A DNA stretch of 64,000 nucleotides from Heptranchias perlo (Eukaryota). The DNA lies in contig NC_090370.1 of NCBI RefSeq assembly GCF_035084215.1, forward strand, positions 5,270,001 through 5,334,000, written 5' to 3'. How positions within the stretch are numbered: position 1 is the stretch's first letter; every line of letters begins with the position of its first letter. A program made the position numbers and the translations under genes. Below, in pieces: positions 11,661 through 26,200 of this stretch. The notes below the pieces were generated by a model. It saw nothing but the letters and a program-made list of their open reading frames with translations, was not told where the DNA came from and did no database searches.

Positions 11661-14600
11661 CCTGTAGTGCGGTGTGGACACACATGCCTGGTCACTGGAG
11701 TGCCATTGGACACATCTATATAGCCAATGTGTTTATGTCCCACATTAGCCACCCTGTGGCCTCTGATTGCAAGTGAGTGCTGCATTAGCAGTAGTCTGAG
11801 ATGGGCTCATTCCCCACTGGGCACTAGATTAAGATGGACCAAAGTTATTTCACATCATCCCCTCTGGCTGTAAGGGTTCTTTCATTCTATCATTGTAGGT
11901 TAGTCAAGCATAGGTTGTAGATGTTAAAGGCTAGTATCTAACCTGGTGCCCTTATCACTGTGGGGTATTCTTAGACATTTTTTAAAAATGTTTTTGCTAT
12001 CACTCCTGGTATGTAGGCACCTGAAAGTTGGTGTTAGTCTATGGCATGGTTTAACATTGTGTTATGGTCCCTTGGTGATCTCTAGCAATGTTGATGCAAT
12101 ATTGCTAACACTATAGCTTAGTGTTGTCAGTAATATAGGGAAGCTTATTGTATTGTCTAAAAATGCTGTAACTTGGATTATTGAGCACTTGTCATCTCTG
12201 GGTTAGGTGAATTTGAATTCCTTGCCTTCCTACTCTTAAGCCTCCCAAGTAATGTTATATCATCAAATTTACTCAGTCTTTTAGATCATCAATTAAATTT
12301 GTTGATGGACCTCTCGCAGCCTATTCAACCATGTCATTTATGTACTTTACTGGCCCACAGTTGATAGAATATACACAAGTGCCAACTGTGTGACAGGTCT
12401 GACACCTTGCTCTAAGTCACATGATTCACAGGAGGGGTACTGAGAATTTTGCAAATTGAAAGCAATTTTTATGGGATGAACTAGGAACACTTTGTATAGG
12501 TAATTGGTTTGTAGTTGCTTGAGTTTGCAATGTCAAACTGTGTGCAGTTTTATCACTGAGCCTTAATTGTTTTGCAGCTTTGTAATGCCTAATCCAAGCT
12601 AGCTGTTCATCTTGTTTCAGTTGTTGGAGTTAGGCATTTCTATTGCAGGATATGACTAGTATCACTATTTATAAAGGTGAGATTACCTTTGTAAATAGCA
12701 TATGACAAATTTTACATGACTTGTGCTAGACCAGGGTTACAGCAGCATTGATTGACTTATGTGATGGCTGGGATGGGCTGGGTTGTTGGTTTAATGGAGT
12801 CATCTTAAAAACATGTATGTTGCAGCACAGGTGAGGTTTGAGACTAGTTTCAGTAAGAGTAACCTTGTTTACTAGATTCTTGCACTGCATGTTAAATTAA
12901 GTAGGATTGCACAGTCAGAATTGTATAGTTTAGAGCTTTCTGGGAAAACTGCTATAGAAAACCCAAAATTGACTTCACTACTGGATAGTTTTTCTTGAAC
13001 AGTGAGGAAGAAGGTTCTATTGTACTTACTAACTGCATTGGCTAGTTATGGATTTAAATTGCTGGCCTGCAAATACCAATCCATAGTTATGGCCTGTCTA
13101 GCTTGCACAGCATCTGAAATTGTGGCCACAGGTGCTCAATGTCTGTAAGGCAAACAAATTGTGACTCTAACTTAATGGATGAGCAGCTATCTGACTTAAA
13201 TGTGAATCAAAGTACCAGTGTGTATGCAAACAATCATTCCTTTTTGTTTTTCAAAGCTACCATCCCTTAATTGGCAAGTACCACAAAACTCACCAAATTG
13301 CATTTTTAAAAACTTACTATCTTCCTTCAATCCACTAGAAATGACATAGGTACACACTTGGGAGAGAATTGCAAATTAACCTGTTAGAATTGCCTGCACA
13401 GTTTCTCACATACAGGCTTTACTTTAGAAATCTAACCTCAACCAAAATACTAAATTTATTGCTGCTGTAGCACAATCATAGCCACATCACATGACAACCA
13501 GGTAGAAAGTCCAGAATTGTATTCCTGCAAATAAATTGAGATACATCATGGGACTTGCAATTTTCATTCTGTTGCTGTGGAGCGATAATATTGTTTGGTA
13601 ATAAACCAGGCAGAGTTTACAAATTTAAAAAGGGGGTGGGGGGGAATAATAGAGGAAGGAGGAAAATGAGTAATCAAAAATAGATTGTCATTTGTTATAA
13701 AACTAAATTTTTAAAAAGCCAACCTGAGTGTGTTTGTGGATGGTGCTTGTATTGAGACTTGGTGGTTGAAGTGCTTTTTTGACTGCTGCCATAGTCTTGA
13801 AGGTTTGCATCAGTTAGCCCCAGAATGTGGGGATAACACTTGATCAGGTGATAGTTATTGGAGACTCGACTGGAGGAGAAGAAAAAGTTGTCCTTGGTCA
13901 TTTACAAAACATGACTATGTCAATAATAACTGCAATTCCACTGCAGGAAGTGAGGGAAGGTCTTCAATAGCAGAGGAAAAGGAAGGTTTGTTGGAGGAAG
14001 AATCAACCAAGTTACTTGCCTCTTACTGTTTGACCAACATTCTACAAACATTAATAAGGCCTATATTCCCACCAGTGGGGTGCATAATTTTACCTGTTCA
14101 CCATTGCTGCAATACAGCAAATTTACTGATTTTCTTTGTGCTCAGACTATTGAGGATAATGGTGAACATGTAATTTTTGATGTTTCAGTCTACTTGTGCA
14201 ACGCCATCATCTAGCACATTTTGTCACTTACCTCATTGGCTCTCATTCATAAACTATCTGAAATATAATTCACATTGAGCAGTATGGTAACTGAATTCAT
14301 AAATAGCTATTGCCACTGAAGCACTTCAAAAACATTATCGTCGATAATGTTAATCTGCTTTCTCCATGGAGATGCTGAAGATTTTCTAGAATTTACTAAT
14401 CTGGAGAAATTTCCTCCAATAGCAATTTGCCTCATTTACTTTTTTAACCAGCCTACAAACAGCTATGTCTCAACTGTGCCTGTTTGTTTCCAACATTGTT
14501 CTGATTTCCAATTTTCAGTTTTTACTTTAGCAGCAGTGAGACTAACTAAATTTAAAGTACATACTTTTATATGCTGCTATTCCATTGCTCACCTATTTTG

Positions 14601-15937
14601 AAAGTAATTTTTCTTCAAGAAAATCAGTTGCAACTGCTTCATGATGTCACTTTCATTGTGATGGCATTCCTGGTTTAGTCATGTGGCTTTCAGGGGCCAA
14701 TGAGTCATGGCTATCATAATGACAGTGAGTTTTTTGGTCACATTGGTCTTGCAGATAAATTGCAGTGCTCATACCAGTGAAATGGACATAAACTGAAGCT
14801 GTGAGATTGCTTAAAAAGCCATACTAGTAGGAATGTTGCATGATTAATGCCCAAGGAGATTTGTCAAGTGACACTTTTTATTATAGATAAGGTGGCTTAG
14901 TGAGTATTGTAGCTTTTTCCTCCAACAAAATGGTCATGTCACCTTACTTGAATACAGTATTGCACATGTGGTGTACTTGCCCACTAAGCCATTGGGGGAG
15001 CATGTAATGACTCTTCTCGTTAGTGACTAGTGGAATCATTCAGTTCACACTTTTTAAACATTGGAATCCATGTCCAACATCAGACTGTTTGCTCAAATGC
15101 ATGCAGCCTTGCTCATGAATTTAAATCCTTCTGACCTATAGTCTGTAGTGGTGAGGACCTTAACTTACTATTTCTAGTACTTAGAGCTGCTTTTGGTTCC
15201 ATATTTTAAAATATGGAAGTACCCAAGGTGGTAACATGATGCCTCAATGAATCAGTGTAACTACCAAGTCACTTCACTGATTCTCGTTAAATTTGTGGCC
15301 CATATGACTGTTTCATGATCCTGATAGTGTTTCCCCTATCCATCTGTTCATGGCCTCTCCCCTCCTATCTCAAGCTCTGCCAGCCCTAAAACCACCTGCC
15401 CCTTAGACTCTCTTCCCAACTAACCTTTTGTGCTTTTACCCCCCTCCCCCCCCTGGCAACCATGCCTTTTAGCCAACTAGAAATTCCCACCTGACCAAGC
15501 TTTCAGTCACCCCTCCTAATGGCTCCTTTTTGTCTGATTGTGTCTATGAAGCACCTTGGTGCTTTCTGACATTTAAAGATGCTATATAAATACAAGTTGC
15601 TGTTCTTGGTACAAGACTATTAAATCATGTACCCTCTTTCATTACACTACATCTATATAAATTAATGAGTTGCTCTTGTAATTCCAGTAGTAATTGTCAG
15701 AACTATAGAGCACTGCTAACTACATGATTAGTATTTGGTTTGATAGTTTGTTTTGGCTGAGTTGCTGGAGTAGAAACAGACCATTGAATAGTGGATGTAT
15801 GTGTATATAATTAAAATTTCTCATCTCAATGTTTTCTGCAGGTTGGATGGTTCCACTGTGAAAGTTGTGCCTATCCTCGAGTTGGTGGGATAACTTGTTT
15901 CCATTAGTAGGATACTGTTGCAATTACCGTAGAGGCC

Positions 15938-16100
15938 ATGGCCAGCAGAGGAGCATCCAGGCCAAATGGTCAGTCACAAGCCAACAAAATCTGCCAGTTC
16001 AAACTTGTACTACTAGGGGAGTCAGCTGTGGGGAAGTCCAGTCTAGTGCTACGTTTTGTTAAAGGACAATTCCATGAATACCAGGAAAGCACAATTGGTG
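15938..16100 (+). CDS. RAB5B: RAB5B coding exon 1 (exon begins 15842 after ttctgcag)
   Basis: [54 protein letters not shown] with P-loop GESAVGKS; donor G|gtaagt at 16100; 163 nt coding. Confidence 0.97.
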
Positions 16101-18386
16101 GTAAGTCCTTTTTAAAATGTACCTATGGATGATATCACTGAGGGGCAGCATGTAGATAAGGACCCTCAATCTGAACCATTTGCAGACACTTGATTTTGTG
16201 CACTGTTCTGTGTTCCCAGCTGCCCTTTTGTTGGTATAGTGGCTGACTGCCTTTTTTCTTGCTTCTGTCTACCTGTCCTGTTTGCTTTACTTTGAACCCC
16301 ACCACATTGTGACATGACACCTGGTGACCAGATTTTTTTTTAAAAATGGAGATTCTTTCCTCCCAGTGGCCTTTGTTTGTAGTGCTAAGCTACTTATAAA
16401 GAATTCCTGTTCTTAAAAGCACTAAAATTTGTGTAAATGTTACATGCTGTAGTAAACACAAAATTTCCCCTAACCATAGGAGGCTTGTTTCCCTAAGCAC
16501 ACAATGCTTTGAAAAGTAAACTGTTGGTGAAACTGGCAAGTTGGCTGGCAATGATGGCAAAGGTAGTAAGGGGATATGAGCTGGTATCTGTTGCAGAATT
16601 TAAATTGCTGCTGTTTAAATTGTCTGCTTAGCTGTGCTGTAGTGTTCATCAATAATCTTTTTTTGGTGAGTGGTCACTCTAGGTTGGGTTTTCCTGTTGT
16701 AATTGTCTAGTGTCAAAAAAGCCAGTAACATTTTTGTAACTTTGTTCTCCATTAACATAATCATGCAGTTTCTGTTGTCCATTATTTTTGGGTATCCTGT
16801 CATTCTTTTAGGACATTGAGCTTTTGAACACCTATAAACAATGTCCTGAGATTGTGTCCATTTGTCTTATGGGCAGCTGTCATGCAAACAAAAATCCATT
16901 TGAAATGCTGCTAAATCAATTGGATAAACAACTTGCTTTGGGTAGACTGGATGAGGTTATGACCAGCTCTGCCAGAGTTGTCTTGACAGTGGCCAAGATA
17001 ATCCAGTCCTGGTGACAATCCCTGGCAATTTTAAGCCAGGATCATTAGAACTTTATTCACCTGCATAAGTGAGCAACCTGTTAAGTAGCTAAATATCTGT
17101 CCTAAAGGCATTGCACTGTACTTTTTGCCATCCTTAAATGGAGACCATAGCTTCCTGGTCAAGTGGACACCAGAGCCTTTTTTTTACACACTCCTCTCCA
17201 CCAACATCATTGAGAACAGATTAACTAGTCATTAATCTTTGTTTTAGTGGTGCTTCCATATAGAAATTAGTTACTAGTGACTGCATTGCAAGTAATTCAT
17301 TAGTTGTGTGCTGTATTGTAGTAAATACAGCACAGGAGGAGGCCATTCAGCCCATTGTGCTTGTGCCAGCTCTTTGAAAGAGCTATCCAGTTAGCCCTAT
17401 AATTGTTTTCCCCCTTCAAGTATTTATCTAATTCCCTTTTTGAATGTTACTATTGAATCTGCTTCCACCACCCTTCCAGGCAGTGCATTCCAGATCCTTA
17501 CAACTTGCTTTTTTTCAAAAAAAAAGTTTCCTTGTTGTCTCTGGCTCTTGCTGATCACCTTTTTATCTTTGTCCTCTGGTTACTGACCCTCTGCCACTGG
17601 AAAGTTTTTTCCTTATTTAATCTTTTTGGGATGTACAAATGCAAATTTGTTCCACGTAACTAAAATAAATTGCTGTTTTTTCTTTCTACCCTGCCTCCCC
17701 ACCCCGTCCTTTTCTTTCACCTGAAAAAAGCTGCCTCTTGCTTGTATATAGTTCCATAAGCATCAACAATATACTTGGGCAGGAGAAGGTCATGGGTAGG
17801 GTAGGGTGGAGTGAAGTGAGGCCATTGAGAATTTTAAACTCTCTTTGGGGAGATGGATGATATGGGACAGAATGCAGAGAATATATTTTGGAGGGTGGTG
17901 ATCAAGATTAAAGCCTGATGTGCTTATTTCTGGGTCTCCTGTCATTTATCTGGACAGTGCACACTTCTTGCAGGTTTTGCAGCTATAATACTGTTTTTAA
18001 TTTTACTTTTTCAATGTATGGTGAGTTTTGTTGCCCTATTAGTGTTGAATGGCCATGTTCACCATTTTAAGCTTTGTCCAAAGATCAATGTTGCATAATC
18101 CTGATTCTATTTAAACCAGTCTGAGAAATACAGTTGGTTGCTATGTTGGGTGTAAATACTTTGCATGAATGTGGTAGAGGGGAGGAAAAGTATTTAAGTT
18201 TTGGGCCCCCAAGTAATTTCTTTGCCTTTTGTGCCACTTACACACATGCCTATGTCTGTTTCAATTGTCTGCCTGGCTTCAGTAGCCTTGTTGCTTTCCT
18301 TCTGTAATTTTTTGAAAGCCTTCAATGTAAAACACTAACTTTTTCTAGCAAGTTGGCCTCAAAGCAAATTTTTTTCACTTCAACAG

Positions 18387-18538
18387 CTGCATTTCTCACA
18401 CAATCTGTCTGCTTGGATGACACAACAGTGAAGTTTGAGATCTGGGACACTGCTGGACAGGAGCGGTATCACAGTCTCGCTCCAATGTACTACAGAGGTG
18501 CTCAAGCTGCCATTGTGGTCTATGACATCACCAATCAG
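18387..18538 (+). CDS. RAB5B: RAB5B coding exon 2
   Basis: caacag| [51 protein letters not shown] |gttaga; 152 nt, phase compatible. Confidence 0.97.
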
Positions 18539-20532
18539 GTTAGAAAACTGCTAGTCACTGAGTTTATTGGGAATTGCTATGTCCCTGCTAATCTAATGGC
18601 AAAAGATGTATTTTTGGTGTGATTTCTAAGCATTTTTCAGGCTTAAAGTTGAAATGTTACTCATAGTAAAGGGGGTAGGAAATTAAATGCTTTTAATCTA
18701 AAGCAACTACTCACCCAAAATCATGCTGAAATGTTCTTGAGTATAACCATAATTTTTATAGTACACTCCATCAATGGTGATGGAGTGTACTATAAACATT
18801 GAAGATTTCAATTCAGGCAGGGAAGTTATTCCCTGACATGCTTTATCCCAAGATTAACTGACTTTTTTTATTGAGTATGCACTGGGGATAATGTGGAGTG
18901 CCACCAAATTCTCCTGCTTTCTCTAGGTGGCAAATAGCTTGGACCAATGTGTATTGACTAAAACTTGCATATTTACAAGTTGAATGCACAAACAGTAAGA
19001 TGCAGTGCATTACTGAAAGCTAGTGACCACCCATGGGGTTAATGTTTTTTAAATTTAATTGCATAGTTTGAGTGACTGGACTCTTGAATGAAACTTTTTT
19101 ATAGGCATTTTTAATAGAAGTTGTACATGAATAACATGTTACCAATCCAGAGTTCAGATCTCTAGCTAGAACTAAAGCATAAGTCCTTTGCAGTAGGAAA
19201 GTTACAGCTGTGCTGCTCCTGAAATCCCTAGGCAATCTGAATTTGCCTTTTTGGGGAAAGGTGTTGGTTGGGATATTATCTTCTAGCAAGATGGCTCAGC
19301 AGCATTAAGTATTTAATTGGCTCATTTCCTGGTTTTTAAAAAAAATACACTAACCAAGCCCTAATCCCTTGCCATAAAGCAAATTTTGACTGCTTGAACA
19401 GTGTTAATGCTTATCTCCTGTTGCTAGAGTCTGTTCAGCCTGTTATGTACTGGTCACACTGCTTTCCCCAGATTGGAATATCCTAGATTTACAATGGCAT
19501 CCTTAGACTTTTTTTTAATAAAAGACCCAGTGAAGGTGCATTTCAAACTCTATCCCTGTTACCTAGAATGTGACTATTTAAACAAAGCCTGATAATTCAG
19601 TTAGACTCCTGGGGTAGCATTGAATTTCACATCCCTTGTAGCCAGCATTTCAACTACTGACTACAATAATAACAACCCCCCCCCCCCCCCCCCCCAACCC
19701 TTTTCAACCTACATAAAGTGGGTCTCCTGAATTTTATCATAGTCCCTTCCAGTGCCTTGAGATGGGAAGATTTTGTACAACAAGAATCCTGTTTTTAAAA
19801 AGTGATCAGACCAGTGATGTCAGGACTGATTTTGGCATTCAATATACACTGGCCTTTGACTAGGTATGCTTTTTTAAAAAAGAAATTAGACCACAGATGA
19901 CCATAGCCTGTAAATGTTCAATGCTAACTTTTTTTAAAGATCTGATGTGTGTAGTATATATCAAGAATTTAAAGCATTGTTTTATCAACAGGCTTGAGGG
20001 ACTGTATAGTCTGCTTTTATTTCCTATTCACACTTAATGGATTATACATCAAATCACTATGAACATAAAGGCAGAAAGCTTCTGAAAATTGAAGGATGGC
20101 GAGGGAATGGGCAGGGAACTGGCAAAGAGGAAGTGTGCATCTGACTTGTACTGGATGTGTTCCCATAGTGCATCATGGTGATGAATGGCAGTGGAGTTGC
20201 TTTTATCCTTGGTCATACTTGATACTTCTGGTGATATACTTACCCATGCAAGTCTGTGTACTGTCATTCTCCAAGTACTGTAATATCTTAGGCATTTTTT
20301 ATTTGCAGTTCAAACCACAGGCAGGTGGCTAGAACTGGGATTGATTAAGGGTATGTTGATTTTTAAGTTATTGAGCCAGTTGCAAAGAAGCTTGCAGGAG
20401 TAACCTGGTGATTATTCTTTGCCTTTCCCCCTCCTTGGAGGTACTTTAATAATGATGCAGCTGAAATTGGGAATTCAGGAGTGTGGGGAATCTAACTTTT
20501 TAATCAAATGCTAAAGTTGCTGTCATTTTCAG

Positions 20533-20655
20533 GAGACATTTGCAAGAGCAAAGACATGGGTGAAAGAGTTGCAGCGACAAGCAAGTCCCAATATAGTTAT
20601 AGCACTATCGGGAAATAAGGCAGATCTGGCTAATAAAAGGATGGTGGAATATGAG
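20533..20655 (+). CDS. RAB5B: RAB5B coding exon 3
   Basis: tttcag| [41 protein letters not shown] |gtatgt; 123 nt. AKTWVKE and KRMVEYE are RAB5B-type residues. Confidence 0.97.
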
Positions 20656-21189
20656 GTATGTTTCCTTTTTTTGGCTGAGGAGAATGTGCTTGAACTGTTT
20701 AAGTGGTTGCCTGGCTTTTTGGCTTGAGCATAGAGTAGCCAAATGAGTTCTGCAGCAATTGACTTAAATGCATGGCAATGGAATTGAACACTGATCTTTC
20801 ACCTGTGACCAGGATGGCTCCAGTCTGGACTTATGGGATGCAAATTTGTGTTGGCCTGCCTCAAGCCAGTTCCTAGTAAATATGAATCTGTAGCTTACCT
20901 GTCTTTTGTCAAGGATGGCATGTGGGGAAGAAATGTACCATTTTTAAAATTCTGCTTTGCCATTATTCTGTTAGACCAGCTAGAAGAACAGAAAACACAT
21001 GTGAATAGTTCCTCTGGGTGTTTTCATGAACATTTTTTCCTCAGCCCCTATACAATGGAATGAGATCTGATTTTTGGTACTTTTTTTAAATGTCACAATT
21101 ATTGTTGCCTAAGTGTGGTGAAATTATATAAATGCACTTTATGTAGGTTCACCTTCCAAAATCTTATACTTGCCACTTTTTTTCAACAG

Positions 21190-21283
21190 GAAGCGCAAGC
21201 ATATGCAGATGACAACAGTTTGTTGTTCATGGAGACGTCAGCAAAGACAGCAATGAATGTTAATGACCTATTTTTGGCAATAG
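21190..21283 (+). CDS. RAB5B: RAB5B coding exon 4
   Basis: caacag| [31 protein letters not shown] |gtaaga; 94 nt. NDLFLAI is RAB5B-type. Confidence 0.97.
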
Positions 21284-22029
21284 GTAAGAGATGGGAGACT
21301 GGGAATTTTTCAGTGAATTGGGAGCTGATTGAATTGGAGTATAAACTGTTATGCCTTAATTATAAAAAATGGCCATTGAGCCATCACGCTTTCCCAATCC
21401 TTGGGTCCATATACCAGCATGTACTAAGCCATTCTAAAGTGTAGTCAGTAGGGATAATTAATGTCTTTGTCCTCTTGGTTAAATGGGAGATCTTCCCAAA
21501 TGTTTGTGAAATTGATCAGAATAGGTACACTAAGTGAGGGAGCCAAAGAGTTCATAACTTAATGGGTTTTAGGTTGAGTATATAGAGGCAATCCCTCTTG
21601 CTTTTAATAGCATAGTTAAATTTCTAACCCATCTACAATATGGTTAGGCTCCTAGTAAACTAAATTTTGTATTAAGGTGGGAACCTAAAATGCCTTCAAC
21701 CAACAAGTTGTTGAATTGTCATATTTTGTGTGCAAAGAGTGTCTGGCTGCCTTCCCCCTCCCCCATACCACTAGTCTAGATTTGGACTGATTCACTATAC
21801 CAGTTTTTAATATTTACAACCATTTATCAGTTATGGGGGTCATCAATAGATGGAAGGCCAACTAAAAATGGCTAACTCTAGCATCCAAGGCTGTAATGCA
21901 AAGCCCTGAGCAAATGATGGAAAGGAACTTGAAGATTCTTAGAGTACTACATCCTGCCTTCTATCTGAAGTGCTATGAAATGATTCACATTGCTGGTTCT
22001 ATTCAGATGGCCCTTCAAGCTATGCTATA

Positions 22030-22450
22030 GTTTGGTGCAGTTGGTAGCATTCGATCTCCTGAGTCAAAGGTATGGCTTCATGTGCCAATTCAGGACCGGA
22101 GTACATTATCTAGGCTGACACTCCAATGCAGTACTAAGGGACTGCTGCATTGTTGGTGCTGCCTTTTCAAATGAGTATGAACAGAGGCCCCCCCATCTAC
22201 CTGATCAAGTGGACATAATTATCCCATAGCACTATTCAAGAGCAGGAAGTTTTGGTGTTCTGATCCACATTCAACCAATGCAACAAAAAAATGTTAACTG
22301 GTCAATCATCTCATTTTGCTGTTTGTGGTACCTTGTGCGCAAATTGGCTGCTGCATTTGGCTACATAAGTGACTGCAAAGCACTTTGCAACCAATTAATT
22401 TTGAAATGCAATGTCTTGATGAGACGCAATGTGAATGCAAGCTCTTTAAA
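22030..22450 (+). mobile_element. Degenerate Deu-domain-type tRNA-derived SINE
   Basis: tRNA-like head (gcagttggtagcatt...ctgagtcaaagg) and ctaggctgacactccaatgcagtactaaggg core shared with the 5570 copy. Confidence 0.65.
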
Positions 22451-23160
22451 TTGGGTTCTTTTACCCCTTGGGCTGCCAGCAACTTGTGTTGCAGGTTCCT
22501 TGGGCAAGACTGGAAGTTTTTACAAAATGACTTCTGTTTTTATTCAAAATATACCCTACTTCTACACTTTTTTCTTCCTTGCCATAAATCTCTGCTTCTG
22601 AGGTGGGAATCGTGTTGCGCAAATCTGGCTTCAAAGGTTGTCTTGGCAGCTGAATCAAGGTTCAGGACTTCGAAGATTGACTGGGGTTTAGTATGGCATT
22701 TGCTGCTCTAGTCGCTTGACAAAACTACTGCATGGCAACCTAGAGAAGGAGATGCTGCCAAAAGGAATTCTTGACATCCTTGGGGTTTAGAACTGTAGCT
22801 TTACAGTCAAACCACTTGTTCAGAGCCTCAACTTCCTGTAAGTTGATAACTCTCCTTGGCACTAGCATTATATAGTCTAGTGGGAATTTGACAGTATTAG
22901 TCTCTTGGCACACAAGGGACTGTGGGATAATCAAAGTGCTTAACTAACTAGAATTATTTAATTTAGAACATTCTCCATTCCAACCAGAATCTTCCCCACA
23001 CGCTAAATATTTTACATATAACCACTTTTTAAAAAAAGTACACTGCATATTAAATGCATCTTGTTTAAAAGTAGTTTGCAAATGATCAAACTGCTTTCAA
23101 AGCCTGATAAACCTCCTGTATCACTTGGGGAGCACCATTACTCGTATCTTTATCTTCCAG

Positions 23161-23276
23161 CCAAGAAGTTGCCAAAGAGTGAACTTCAGAATGCCAGTGG
23201 AACAGCAGGGCGCAACAGAGGTGTGGATCTCCATGAACCATCTCAGCAGAGCAAGAGCCAGTGTTGTAGCAACTGA
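23161..23276 (+). CDS. RAB5B: RAB5B last coding exon
   Basis: ttccag| [42 protein letters not shown] geranylgeranylation motif. Exons sum to 648 nt = 215 aa plus stop. Confidence 0.97.
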
Positions 23277-26200
23277 GCGAATGGTGAAGGGAGCTTGCTC
23301 CAAGTTGACAACTGCACATTCAATAACCAGTTGAAATTAAATCTTTGCATCCATGCCTTTACAATGCTTCAGTAAAGTACCTGCAGAATGGATGTGGGAC
23401 TTGACTTACACCAGTCTTTACTTTGTACTATAGATGCAAATATCAACCTAATCCTTTTTGTGATTTAGTTTTCCTCCCTTATGTTTTTGCTATGTGGGTG
23501 CACTTGTCTGTCTTAGAATGCAGGTTCTTCAAACTTTTTTAAACAAAACACTTGTAGATTTTATTTAGAACAAACTCTAAATTAAATGCCAACAGTAACT
23601 TTTCTTTGTTTGCATTCAGCACAAGTATAAGCTGCAGTATCCCCCTATTTGTCAATGTCTGGCCTGTATTTTGAAACTGCACACAATATATACAGTATTT
23701 GCACAGTTTAACCTTGGCAGGCAAATATTTCCTGTTTGGGAACTTGCAGGAATTGGCCCTTTTTTTTCTAGGATGGAAAATACAGATGAAGGTGGGACCC
23801 TGTGGTAGACAGTGGAATGGTTATCCTAGAATAAGTAATTTGGCTGCTACAATTTTAAAAAAAAACCTTCTACTTGGTACTATTTTTGACTATAAGTTCT
23901 TAATGCTTGGTGCAATAAGATAGCTGTAGTAGGAGACCAGAGTACTCCAGGTGTCATGTATTTTTGAATTAAATTTCACAGTGGATGATCCATTATTCTG
24001 TTTAAAATCTGTGCTTTAGTTGGCATCTTTTTAAATGGTTTGGGAAACAACTATTAGATTCAGCTTGGTTGCTTATAACTGTTCTGTAGATCTGTGCTGC
24101 ACTATATCTCTGCAGTGCTCACTTTAGAGCTTAAGTTGTAGGAGCATATACAAGCTTGCAAAAATGAAACATAAAGCTAAATAATGCCCTGGTGAGATTC
24201 AGACTTAAAATGGTGTGACTGCAGTTTCAAAATAGTGGTGTTGGGCTGCATTAGTGTGGGAGGGGGATTGAAATGATCTTTATAATTGACCACTACATGT
24301 TCTGAACAGTTCAGCCCACTACACACTTGCTCACCTAACAATTGGTTGTGGTTCCTGCATTGGGGCTGTGTACACAAATGACTGAACTGACACCTAGAGC
24401 TCTCTTGCTTCTCCACTTAACACTTTTTCTGGTGCAGGCTGGCTTCAGTATTGCAGTTTGAATGCAGTGAATACAATTGCTATTGAACAACAGCAACATT
24501 GATGTTGGCTGCATGCTACAATCTTTGTCCCCCTTAATTTGAAGGGGGAGAAGGAATCCAATTTCCTAACTGACTTTTAAAGCTGCATTTCATGAAAATT
24601 TGTTCCATCAAAATATTTAAATAAAAGCTAACTAGTATAACTTCAGTTAAAACTGATGTGGTAGTGATCTGATGGAGTCAACAGTTTTGTGATGTGTAGC
24701 TTTATTAGTCATTCCTAGGTTGGATTTGAAGTTTCCACTGCAGAAGTGTTATGACTGGAAGCACTGCTGAACTACAGATTGATTCTGCTTGTGTAAAATG
24801 TTCCATTCTTCAATACTTTTTTAGAAGCTTTGCCCTCTCGCTATGATCTTTGAAGTCCAGGACTTATGGCAGTCAATCAATCTCCAATTTGATTGTTTTC
24901 AGCCCCCACTGTATTGAGAAAGATGCAGTTACTTTGCTTGTACTGATAACCTGTACAGTTTTTTTTAATCTGTCATTTTTTTCACTTTGGTTTGCACAAG
25001 AACACTTATACCCCCCTGACCTTGCTTTGGAATGAATTAGTAGATTGAATGCAGTAGTTAATTAAATTCCTGAATCTGGATTACCTTGGCACAGGGTCTC
25101 TTGCAGGTGACTATATTCTGCATTAATGCATACTTGGCATTCTGGGCACCTGGAGTCACTAAAGTGGTGTTTTGAATGGAATCTTTCTATATAGGATGGG
25201 CTGAAAGTCAGATTCACTGTAAACATTAGTTTTGAACAAGTGCTCAGTCCTCAAACTTTTTTATAACTTGGGTTTCTGAAATGTTCTTAATTACTTGTTC
25301 TTGCTAACAAAAGAATTGATTAGGTCAGATTTAGGCAGTTATTGCAGTGATGCCATCCACCATCCACCTGCAGTGTAGATAGTGATTGGGATATTGCAAA
25401 GTACTTTGCTGTCAGCACTTCAGACTAATTTTAAATGACCTGAGGAATCTTTAGATTGAGTGAGTAGTTTCTTTGAAAATTGCCCACAGCCTTGGAGTTG
25501 GGCAAAGTAAAATGCATTTTAAATTTTAGAGCCTTTAAATCAGCCAGTGTTGGGGGCACATATGATTGGTTAGGCCTTGCATAGGAATTATTTAAACTTT
25601 TCTGATGCACTTTACTAGTTTCTCATTTAAACTCTTTTTTTCTTGATACCGTTCATCTAGTCTGGTGCCTAGTGTGTGTATATATGTATAAATCTTGCAC
25701 TGAGAATATTCTTAAAAATCTGACTTTAATACTGAATTGGGGTCTTAATTGGCAGTTTGACACCACCTAGATGTAGATGAGACTTTTAAAGTTCATTCGT
25801 GTTTTATTGAATCTTCAAACTTGTGTAGTGAGTTTCTCCTTGAGAAACTGGCTGGGTAGCTCCATTCTTGATTCACAACCTAAACACATCTTGTCAAATT
25901 TTTGTTTCCAGCACTTTGCTAGGTGCAGTTCCAGTTCCTCATGGTAATTGAGCAGCTTGTCTGAGTTGTGGAAATTGATATGTGGCTCTTGCTCCTTGGA
26001 GATGCATTTCATGCTAGATACTCACTTGCATCAGTGTGCAAGAGTGGCAGTCTGCTCACTATATCTTCAAGGTGGATCAGACAGTGCACATGTTAACAGT
26101 GAAATTAATCTTTGGATGCTGCCTTCACTGAATAGGATACAATTGTGGACACATTAGATTTTTAAAATCATTCTCTGTGTAGGATCTGTAAAGGCTGAAT

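Noticed and set aside
19676-19695. Long C/G homopolymers (also about 38002, 52651 and 60843)
   Set aside because: Simple mononucleotide runs; length unreliable and no functional evidence.
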